In this document: one piece after another, positions 44,281-51,505 of the stretch
Layout: every line of letters begins with the position of its first letter
Numbering within the stretch: position 1 is the first letter of the stretch
Assembly (NCBI GenBank): GCA_031266655.1
Contig: JAISAP010000047.1
Location: forward strand, 1-51,505
Source of the DNA: Holosporales bacterium
GTDB lineage: Bacteria > Pseudomonadota > Alphaproteobacteria > UBA3830 > JAIRMZ01
DNA: 51,505 nucleotides
Direction of reading: 5' to 3'
Notes under the pieces: generated by a model
Seen by the model: the letters and a program-made list of their open reading frames with translations, nothing else
What the model was told of the DNA's origin: nothing
Database searches by the model: none
Translations under genes and position numbers: made by a program

Positions 44281-44373
44281 GACTAAGACACGACGTAACC
44301 TGATTAAAAAGGGAGCAGTGCGTGCGTTCTGAAGCTATCCAGGGTAGAATGTTCTGTCCTGGAGGAAAAGACT

Positions 44374-44790
44374 ATGGATTGGACGCAGCGCATTCTTGTG
44401 ACACGTACTCTGGCCATGCCGGCAGATACGAACCCGAGAGGGGATATTTTTGGTGGGTGGATTGTTTCTTTAATGGATATTTCCGTGGCAGCTATGTCTT
44501 CTCGCTTTGCCAGAGGACTGACGGCTACACGTGCTATCCGTCAAGTTCTCTTTGATCGCCCGATTTTCGTGGGAGACGAAATCTCTGTTTACGTCAAGCT
44601 CGAGAATGTCGGGCATACATCGATGACCTTTGAGGTGGATGTAACCGTCCAGCGGAGCGGCTTGGAAGAGGAACTTCCCGCCGTACGCGGAACCTTCATC
44701 ATGGTTGCGCTAGATAAAAACAGGCGTCCCCGCCGGGTGAACTGCTGTGAGCTCCCTCATCACCAGGGGGAGACGAAGGGTCGCTGCTGA
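44374..44790 (+). CDS. Acyl-CoA thioesterase, hotdog fold (YciA-like)
   Basis: LAMPADTNPRGDIFGGWIVSLMD...GDEISVYVKLENVGHTSMTFEVDV...FIMVALD: the typical YciA-type thioesterase pattern. Confidence 0.8.
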   Translation: MDWTQRILVTRTLAMPADTNPRGDIFGGWIVSLMDISVAAMSSRFARGLTATRAIRQVLFDRPIFVGDEISVYVKLENVGHTSMTFEVDVTVQRSGLEEELPAVRGTFIMVALDKNRRPRRVNCCELPHHQGETKGRC

Positions 44791-44796
44791 GGGAGC

Positions 44797-45783
44797 CTAT
44801 CGCCAAGAAAGCGCAGAGGGCATAGCGCGTTCCTCCTCCTTCAGAAGGTCGAGCACCTCTGGGTAAGCCTGAATGACGGCGGAGCTCTGTCGTACAAAGC
44901 GACCCATGGGAGATCCCGAGACGGGATGCGATAAGTATAGTTGCTTCAAGTCTTTCCACCCCCTCTCCAGAACGTGGATCTTTGTTCCCTTGCGTATAGC
45001 CATGACCCAACACCAAGTCTCTTCGTCATAGGGGGCAAGCTTGGAGGCGATGTCCATGCGGAAGACATCGTCATGCAGCGTATGCGGCGGATACAGCACG
45101 CCACTCGATGTCGAGGGGACGTATAAAAGGGAGGGTTCCTCGTCCTTATCGACTTCAAGAAAGGGCCCATGACGCACCCAGTGGTAGAATTCTCCGCCCA
45201 CAAAGGAGCGATAGACCGTTCGAGCATGGATGCAAGTGGGCCTTTTCTGGTAGGCCGAAAACAGTCCCTCCAGCCAATCGGGAGAGTACATCATGTCGTC
45301 ATCGGCAATCACCAGGATGTCTTCCGGGTAGTCCCGCAAAGCGGGGATGATCTTCTTCCGTGAGTTCAGATTTTCGCACCACCGAATAGACAGGCCGCAT
45401 TGGCACAAGTGGAGGAGCTCATCTGGCAAATCGTATTCCTTATGAGGAAATTCCTCTTCCGCAAGCCACAAAAGGACGGCATCGGGCTTTAAAGATTGCG
45501 TGAGCAACGTGTAAATCGCCGCGTAAATCTGTCGGATCCGCGGAGGATGAGAAGAAAGGGAGACGATTAGCCGAGGCGTAGGTCGAGGAGGCGTTTGCAG
45601 ACCCCCTGCCTTTAAGCGATAGAGCTTGATGCGTGTTTCCTGCAGACGCACGCGCGTTGTGTAACCCTGCCAAGCAGGTCTTATGGAGTTTATCAGGTGG
45701 TGGAGGAAGGGAGTCCTGTAGAAAACCGTGCGCGCCACCTCCTTCCACAGGCGCCGATCGGCGTACCGCTCCTCCTCCCTCAT
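44797..45783 (-). CDS. Putative DXD glycosyltransferase, paralog of 7701..8702
   Basis: RLIVSLSSHPPRIRQIYAAIYTLLTQSLKPDAVLLWLAEEEFPHKEYDLPDELLHL...KKIIPALRDYPEDILVIADDDMMYSPDWL aligns throughout with 7701..8702. The ATG at 45783 overlaps the upstream GT4 stop as ATGA. Confidence 0.6.
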   Translation of the reverse strand: MREEERYADRRLWKEVARTVFYRTPFLHHLINSIRPAWQGYTTRVRLQETRIKLYRLKAGGLQTPPRPTPRLIVSLSSHPPRIRQIYAAIYTLLTQSLKPDAVLLWLAEEEFPHKEYDLPDELLHLCQCGLSIRWCENLNSRKKIIPALRDYPEDILVIADDDMMYSPDWLEGLFSAYQKRPTCIHARTVYRSFVGGEFYHWVRHGPFLEVDKDEEPSLLYVPSTSSGVLYPPHTLHDDVFRMDIASKLAPYDEETWCWVMAIRKGTKIHVLERGWKDLKQLYLSHPVSGSPMGRFVRQSSAVIQAYPEVLDLLKEEERAMPSALSWR

Positions 45784-46910
45784 AAAGAGGATTCCGCTAT
45801 GGCTTCCGTGATCACACTTTTCCAAAGTTGGCGATTGCGATCCTCCGAAAAACGCTCCGGAAGACGGCGCGCATTGCGACTGAGACGTTGACGCTCCTCT
45901 GGATGGTCTATTAAGAAGGCTATCTTTTCCGTCAAAGCAGCCCCATCTCCCACAGGAACAAGCAAGCCATCGATGCCGTCTCGCACAAGCGTTCTGTTCC
46001 CAAGGCAGTTGGAGGCGACAACGGGAAGTCCGACCGCCATCGCTTCGCAGAGCGCATTGGGAAACCCCTCATGGCGCGAGGGAAAAGCGAACAAATCCGC
46101 ACGAGCAAGCATCTCTTCTATCTCCGTCGTTGCTCCCGGAAGGGAAACACGATCCTCCACCTTATACGCCCGAATCTTTTGCTCCAAGAAGACCCTATAG
46201 GGCCCTTCCCCGTAGAGAGTCAACTGGAGAGAGGGATGGCTGGGAAAAAGTTGCACGCAGCTCTCGAGCAGCAGATCAAACCCCTTGTCGGCATCCAGCC
46301 GTCCGGAAGACACGAGAAAACGCACATTTTTGCGGATCGTGCAATGCTTGGAGGGAGAACGCACCCCATTAGGGATCACACAGATGTTCTTCTGGAGAGA
46401 CCGAGGAAAGTAAGAAGCCACTGTGGGAGTTTGCACCACTACTTTTCGCGCCCATCTATAGGTTCTTCGACGCAGTGCATCGCAAAAGCGCCCTATCTTG
46501 TACATAAAGGGGTCCGAGCGCTCTGCAACGATGACGGGCGCGCCCAGCCCGCGACTAACCAGGAGCGTCAGGATGTTGGTGATATCCACGTAGGAAATAA
46601 TCACGTGAGGGCGAAACGCCCTTAAGGCGTGCCGAAGAGCGACCATGCACAAAAAACGCCGTAGAGAAGCGCAGAATCTCTCAGCGAGGAAATGATCTTT
46701 CAGGAAGCAGAGACGCACCCGAGCATCGAGCGGATAGACCGGCGGATTTTTTGAAGATGTAAAAGCGAAAATACAGACTTCTTTCTCCTCTGAGGCCCAG
46801 AAATTGGCGCATACGGAGAGGTCTCGCTCTGCTCCCCCGAGGCCTAGGGAGGAAATGACAAAGGCTAGCCGCTCCTGCTTGGTTCCGAGCGCGCCGACTC
46901 GAGCAATCAC
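45780..46910 (-). CDS. Glycosyltransferase family 4 (group 1 / GT-B)
   Basis: C-terminal FAFPSRHEGFPNALCEAMAVGLPVVASN...LV (E-X7-E-type motif) and an N-terminal SLGLGGAER. The start is a GTG that overlaps the upstream stop. Confidence 0.85.
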   Translation of the reverse strand: MIARVGALGTKQERLAFVISSLGLGGAERDLSVCANFWASEEKEVCIFAFTSSKNPPVYPLDARVRLCFLKDHFLAERFCASLRRFLCMVALRHALRAFRPHVIISYVDITNILTLLVSRGLGAPVIVAERSDPFMYKIGRFCDALRRRTYRWARKVVVQTPTVASYFPRSLQKNICVIPNGVRSPSKHCTIRKNVRFLVSSGRLDADKGFDLLLESCVQLFPSHPSLQLTLYGEGPYRVFLEQKIRAYKVEDRVSLPGATTEIEEMLARADLFAFPSRHEGFPNALCEAMAVGLPVVASNCLGNRTLVRDGIDGLLVPVGDGAALTEKIAFLIDHPEERQRLSRNARRLPERFSEDRNRQLWKSVITEAIAESSL

Positions 46911-47644
46911 GATGTCAGGTGTTTTTCGAGAAAATCACAGGCCTTTTGCAGGCTTTCAGGATCGATGCTATGCCCCATATTGGGAACCAGCAAGGCCTCA
47001 AAGGGAATCTGCTGCGCCCGCAAAGCTTCTTGTGTTTGAAAGAAATATTGTGTCCGCAGGACGGAATCAGAATCTCCATGGACCAGCAGGATAGCGGGAA
47101 GAGAGGGGCTTTTCTGCACATCAGGGTCTACGAGAACACCGGAGAACGAAACCACCGCGCGGACTCCCTCCTGCAACCCAAAGTGCAGCGCCATCATCGC
47201 TCCTTGGGAGAACCCGACAAGCGCCACATCCTGCAGAGTCAGGTGACGTTCCTTGAGAAGGGGGAGCAGGTAATCCTCAAAGCGTTTTTTCACTTGTGCA
47301 AGCTGCACTTTCCACTCTGGGAGCGTCCAGTTTCCCATCTTGAACCATTGCCGTCCCCCTCCTCCCGCTTCGCAGGGGTCGAAGGCGTGAGGAAGGAGCA
47401 CTTCTGCCTCTGGGAGCGTCTTGGAGATCTCGTACCCGATGGGCCAGAGGTCCTCCGCACTGGCTCCGTACCCATGCATGACGATGATCAGCTTTTTCGG
47501 AGATTTTCCTTCTTTGGGCGCAAAAACCGCTCCCTCCATGCGTCCTCCTTTCTGCAGGTGCTTCTTGGGGTCCTGCGATGGCCACCAAAGGAACAGCGCT
47601 CCTCCTACCGCAAGCGCTAATAGAGCATACAGAGAACGCCGCAT
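46907..47644 (-). CDS. Phospholipase/carboxylesterase-family alpha/beta hydrolase with an N-terminal membrane anchor
   Basis: LIIVMHGYGASAEDL, GFSQGAMMAL (GXSXG), LLVHGDSDSVL, and a late His. The ATG at 47644 (MRRSLYALLALAVGGALFLWW) is preferred over the track start at 47797. Confidence 0.8.
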   Translation of the reverse strand: MRRSLYALLALAVGGALFLWWPSQDPKKHLQKGGRMEGAVFAPKEGKSPKKLIIVMHGYGASAEDLWPIGYEISKTLPEAEVLLPHAFDPCEAGGGGRQWFKMGNWTLPEWKVQLAQVKKRFEDYLLPLLKERHLTLQDVALVGFSQGAMMALHFGLQEGVRAVVSFSGVLVDPDVQKSPSLPAILLVHGDSDSVLRTQYFFQTQEALRAQQIPFEALLVPNMGHSIDPESLQKACDFLEKHLTS

Positions 47645-48090
47645 TCCTTCCACCACAAAAGTCCGGAGCAAACACTCCAACCGCAGAATATGGGAAAAGC
47701 GAAGGGAATGCGACGCTGATGGGAGATCCAACAGCGCAGGCATCCGACGCTCCCTACAAGGATGAGGAACAAGGGGAGGGAGGATACAGGCAACCACAAG
47801 CTACAGAGGCTGAGTAGCTTCATGTCCCCTGCTCCTAGGAGGGGTTTTCCCAGGAAACGGGGGAGGATCTTGCACAGCGATACTGCGCCTCCTCCCAGCA
47901 GGCACAAGCTTTCCCAAAAGAAAGGAACGCACCAGGCGTGCGCTACGCTCAGCAGGAAAAACCAGAGGAGAGCGCTTTCCGGGAGCGTCTGTGTGCGTTC
48001 ATCCTGGAGCACCAGGTTTTTCCAGGGGAGTAAAGTGAGAAACAAACACGCTGTCCGCGCCGTTTCTTCGTAGGGAAGGAGAGGATCCAT
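47617..48090 (-). CDS. CpaA/TadV-like A24 prepilin peptidase (short form)
   Basis: 157 aa polytopic membrane protein. It has an Asp in VLQDERTQTLPE and the second catalytic motif LGAGDMKLL (compare GGGDVKL). No other pilus genes lie in the window. Confidence 0.5.
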   Translation of the reverse strand: MDPLLPYEETARTACLFLTLLPWKNLVLQDERTQTLPESALLWFFLLSVAHAWCVPFFWESLCLLGGGAVSLCKILPRFLGKPLLGAGDMKLLSLCSLWLPVSSLPLFLILVGSVGCLRCWISHQRRIPFAFPIFCGWSVCSGLLWWKECGVLCMLY

Positions 48091-48241
48091 GCGGGGCTTT
48101 TCCTGAAATACCGTTGGAAAGTGAAGCTACCAAAGAATTCTTTCCAAGACCATGTCGGTAGAGCTCCCTTCGATTTTTACCGTGTTGATTTTTAAAAATC
48201 TTTCGCCATACTGTTTACTTCCAATATCAAGCGAGAAAATA

Positions 48242-49543
48242 GTGACTATACGAAAAATTTTATATGCAACTTCTCTGTTTACCGCAGGAGTGCTGAGCGT
48301 CTTTCCTGAGGCTGGAGCAATGCAGAGATGGGAAGAACCCTCTGATGGATGGTTCCTTGCTTTTAGGAATGAGGTCGCTTGGCAGGGAATAGCCCTCATG
48401 CCTTTTGGACCCGAAAGTATGATCGAGGGTACTCCACGCTATCCTGGTTTGCAGCGCATCTTTATTTCTGCATGCATGGAGGCGCTTGGAGGGTGTTGTT
48501 TCGCTGGGCTTCAAGCCCTCTCCCATATCGCTTTTGAGGCTGGTTCTCGAGTTACGTGTATGAACACGGGTGTTTTCCAGGGGTCCGCCTTGCAGGCCAT
48601 ATGTATTCCCGCGCCTGTAAAGAAACTCGGGAAATGTTGTTTTTCGCACTGTTCGTCTCTTACCTGCGTTACTTTCAGTTCCCCTTCTCAACTCGCAGTC
48701 ATTGGAGAATATACGTTTTCTAAAACAGCGCTGAGCTTCCTCAATCTCCCGTTTCATCCCTCATATGACATAGAGGTTGGGATCTGCCCATTTGACGAGT
48801 CTAGCATCGTGAGGATATGTATCGGAGGAGAGCCTGTGGACCCTCAGACTGGTCTGTACGCTGGCACCGGCATTGTGCGAGACGTAACGATTCACCAAGA
48901 GCTTCCGTCTTACTGCTTTGCAAGTTGCCGCTCTCTCACTTCTGCCACCTTTAAGCCTGATTTTTCCCCTGCAACGATAGAGTCGTACGTCTTCTACAGG
49001 TCTGGTTTGCGGAGCGTGACAATCCCCGCAAGTGTGGAGACGATCATGCAAAGATGTTTTTCAGCTTGTACCTCCCTTGCTTTCGTTGCCTTTGATGCTG
49101 GTTCCCGGCTCACGCGTATAGAGCCTTACGCTTTCTGTAATACTGCCCTTCCAAGTATCGTGATCCCCGCAAGCGTAGAAACCATCATGAAAAGATGTTT
49201 CGCTCAGTGTCAGTTTCTTATCTCTTTTTCTTTCGAGGCCAGTTCCCGACTCACGGAGATGGGAGAAGGCGTTTTTTTCTGTTCTAATTTGAGGAACATA
49301 GCCGTTCCTGCGGGCGTTACGGCGCTCAGGAAAGAGTGCTTCTTCAGTTGCCCTTTTCTTATTCACGTTACTTTTGGAGCTGGTTCCCAACTCAAAAGCG
49401 TATGCGCAGACGCTTTCTCCAGAAGCCCTCAGGCACAAGTTCTTCTTCCGGATAGAAAGAATTACTCTTCCAAGCAGCTTAGTTCGGGTTGGACGTTGGA
49501 GGAGGAATTAGGCAAGAGCCCCAGCTCATCCACTCCCTCGTGA
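48242..49543 (+). CDS. BspA-type LRR protein, LRR4
   Basis: The in-frame GTG at 48242 gives the 26-aa family leader (TIRKILYATSLFTAGVLSVFPEAGA|M); track ORF starts at 48152. The N-terminal block WEEPSDGWFLAFRNEV is shared with LRR5, followed by LRR units (..IPASVETIMQRCFSACTSLAFVAFDAGSRLTRIEPYAF..). Confidence 0.85.
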   Translation: MTIRKILYATSLFTAGVLSVFPEAGAMQRWEEPSDGWFLAFRNEVAWQGIALMPFGPESMIEGTPRYPGLQRIFISACMEALGGCCFAGLQALSHIAFEAGSRVTCMNTGVFQGSALQAICIPAPVKKLGKCCFSHCSSLTCVTFSSPSQLAVIGEYTFSKTALSFLNLPFHPSYDIEVGICPFDESSIVRICIGGEPVDPQTGLYAGTGIVRDVTIHQELPSYCFASCRSLTSATFKPDFSPATIESYVFYRSGLRSVTIPASVETIMQRCFSACTSLAFVAFDAGSRLTRIEPYAFCNTALPSIVIPASVETIMKRCFAQCQFLISFSFEASSRLTEMGEGVFFCSNLRNIAVPAGVTALRKECFFSCPFLIHVTFGAGSQLKSVCADAFSRSPQAQVLLPDRKNYSSKQLSSGWTLEEELGKSPSSSTPS

Positions 49544-50860
49544 GGGCTGAAGAAGGTATCCTGTTGGTGTCTGATTCAGGGAAGCGCGTTGCCAGCCCTG
49601 GTCTAGCCGTACTGCGGAGCGTACCTCTCCCTCTGGAGGAAGAGCGACCTGTGCCTGAGGGCTCCCAGTAAAGGCACCTGCTTCTATCTCTTCCAGTCGA
49701 GAAGCAACCTCAAAGGCGATGAAGGTGAGGGAAAAACAACTTGCGAAGCATTGTTTCCTCAGTATTGTAACACCTCTAGGAATAATAATATTTAGTATGC
49801 CAGAATGGGCAAAAGCGCCCTTTTTTATTTGCGCAACCCTAGAATGCACGCCAAAGGAAACAGAGGTAAGAGATAAGCAATCCATAAAACACCATTCCCC
49901 AAGCACTTCTACACCATCGGGAAGCACCATGGAGCGCAAACCAGCACGGAAGAAAGCTTTCTCTCCAACAACTCTGAGTTGGGAATTTTTCACAAAGTTA
50001 AAACAGGCAAGAGCAAGACAATGAGAGAAACATCCTTTGTCAAGCTTCCCAACGCCTGCGGGTAGGTCGATAGACTGATCGCGGGTGCCTTGAAAAGCGC
50101 CCCCTTTTATGATCATGAGGCGGGAGCCGGCTGCAAAGGTAATATCGACCAGGGGTGAGCAATAGAGGAAACACTCTTTCTCGATCCTCTCTACGCTCGC
50201 GGGAATCGTCACAGACTGTAAACCGGAAGTGTTGAAAACGCTCTCTCTGAGGATTGTGAGTGGAGAACCTACTCTGAAGGTAACGAAGGCAAGGGACTGG
50301 CACTGTACGAAACATCCTTTACCAATCTCCCTTACGCTCATGGGAAGTGTAGCGGAATGTAAGCCGGAATGAGAAAAAGCATACTCCCCTATCTCCATGA
50401 GCTGGGAACCGAATTCAAAGGCGGCGTGAGCAAGCGAGGAACAGCGCGAAAAGCAAGAGTATCCAAGCGTCTCCACGCTCGCGGGAAGACAAATGGAACT
50501 CAAGCTGGAGCAGCCTCTAAAGGCGCTCTGCTCTACCGTCACGAGCTGAGAATTGGCTTCAAAGGCAACGAAGATAAACGAGAGGCAATCAGCAAAGCAC
50601 GCTTCTTCAAGCTTCCCGACGCTCGCGGAAATGCAGAGGCACTGTAGACCAGGATGGCGCGGAGCATGCTGTGCATCTTCAGGAAGCTCAGAAGCAAGGA
50701 TGCGCATCCCCCACCGCATCACTGTATTCCTAGAAGCGAGGAACCATCCAAAGAGAGACTCTTCCCAGATCTTCGGCTGCATCGCCTCCGCCTTGGAGAG
50801 GGTCCCTAGCACTCCCAACATCAATAGAGAGCATGACTTTAAAATCTTTCGTTTCTTCAT
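49526..50860 (-). CDS. BspA-type LRR protein, LRR5
   Basis: Leader MKKRKILKSCSLLMLGVLGTLSKAEA|M, then the WEESLFGWFLASRNTV block, then ~14 LRR units. Its 3' end overlaps LRR4 by 18 nt (convergent). Confidence 0.88.
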   Translation of the reverse strand: MKKRKILKSCSLLMLGVLGTLSKAEAMQPKIWEESLFGWFLASRNTVMRWGMRILASELPEDAQHAPRHPGLQCLCISASVGKLEEACFADCLSFIFVAFEANSQLVTVEQSAFRGCSSLSSICLPASVETLGYSCFSRCSSLAHAAFEFGSQLMEIGEYAFSHSGLHSATLPMSVREIGKGCFVQCQSLAFVTFRVGSPLTILRESVFNTSGLQSVTIPASVERIEKECFLYCSPLVDITFAAGSRLMIIKGGAFQGTRDQSIDLPAGVGKLDKGCFSHCLALACFNFVKNSQLRVVGEKAFFRAGLRSMVLPDGVEVLGEWCFMDCLSLTSVSFGVHSRVAQIKKGAFAHSGILNIIIPRGVTILRKQCFASCFSLTFIAFEVASRLEEIEAGAFTGSPQAQVALPPEGEVRSAVRLDQGWQRASLNQTPTGYLLQPSRGSG

Positions 50861-50924
50861 GATTAGAGTATTCCTACTACGTGCAGTGTACTTGCGATGA
50901 CGTGTAATGCGAATAGTGCCCCAA

Positions 50925-51505
50925 CTAATGGGGGTTCATTCTCCTGGCGCACCCATGAGTGAACCTGACTCCGAGGAACGTAGCCAGCGTCTCTTGGGAC
51001 TGGAAACCAGGATTACAAATTGCTCTCAAGTTTTCGGGAATGCTAGAAACCTTCACACGGGATTCATAGAAAGCTTTCGTCCCTACTCTCTTGAGCTGGG
51101 AACCGGATTCAAAGGTGATGTGATCAAGAGAGTGGCAAGACAGGAAGCACTTTTCTCCAAGCTCCTCTACGCTCGCGGGAATATAAATGGAATTCAAGCT
51201 GGAGCAGTGCGCGAAAGCGGACTCTTCTATTCGCGCGAGCTGGGAACCGGATGCAAAGGTAACGACGGAAAGAGAGCCACAATATAGGAAGCACTCTTTT
51301 CCAAGCCCCTCTACGCCCACAGGAATACCAATGGATCCCAAGCTGAAGCAGCTTGCAAAAGCGGATTCTTCTATCCTCTCGAGCTGAGAATGGGACTCAA
51401 AGGTCACGACAGAAAGCGAGCGGCAATATTTGAAGCACTCTTTTCCAAGCCCCTTTACGCTCGTGGGAATGCAAATAGAACTCAAGCTGGAGCAGTCTGC
51501 AAAAG
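50925..51505 (-). CDS. BspA-type LRR protein, LRR6 (partial; 5' end beyond the window)
   Basis: The frame stays open to the window edge. Units ..IPTSVKGLGKECFKYCRSLSVVTFESHSQLERIEESAFASC.SL.. lie in tandem with LRR5. Confidence 0.8.
   Translation of the reverse strand, partial: FADCSSLSSICIPTSVKGLGKECFKYCRSLSVVTFESHSQLERIEESAFASCFSLGSIGIPVGVEGLGKECFLYCGSLSVVTFASGSQLARIEESAFAHCSSLNSIYIPASVEELGEKCFLSCHSLDHITFESGSQLKRVGTKAFYESRVKVSSIPENLRAICNPGFQSQETLATFLGVRFTHGCARRMNPH

Overview
This 51.5 kb window is a moderately GC-rich bacterial chromosome segment. Its core genes and local gene order look alphaproteobacterial: ntrY-ntrX, secG-pyrG-kdsA-ftsB, rsmH-ftsL-ftsI, lptC-lptA-lptB-rpoN, plus mfd, def, rne, lpxC, bamE, a short RNase D-like exonuclease and tRNA-Leu(CAG). 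Coding density is high, and many adjacent genes overlap by 4 nt (ATGA or GTGA).

Four accessory blocks interrupt this core, at about 19.5-25.7 kb, 28.7-33.0 kb, 43.6-44.3 kb and 48.1 kb to the window end. They are bounded by sharply AT-rich spacers. Together they hold:
- six BspA-type leucine-rich-repeat (LRR) paralogs;
- a tandem pair of unknown secreted paralogs with a duplicated upstream element;
- three further small exported or membrane ORFs;
- a decayed IS1595/ISXO2-like transposase.

The most interesting signals are:
1. All ten accessory ORFs with a visible N-terminus share one leader design that ends in a small residue followed by Met. In the five LRR genes the leader is exactly 26 residues. 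The Met is often preceded by an in-frame Shine-Dalgarno-like run.
2. A lower mevalonate-pathway operon (PMK-MVD-MVK) abuts lptC with no gap and lies near an acetoacetyl-CoA synthetase. This is unusual for an alphaproteobacterial-looking genome.
3. The division (dcw) cluster is cut down to rsmH-ftsL-ftsI by accessory DNA on both sides.
4. NtrX has a visibly degenerate AAA+ ATPase core, although rpoN is present.
5. A degenerate tandem array of a two-hairpin non-coding element lies at the 5' edge.

No CRISPR array, rRNA gene, intact mobile element or recognisable defence or toxin system was seen. All functional calls rest on motifs read by eye, not on database searches.
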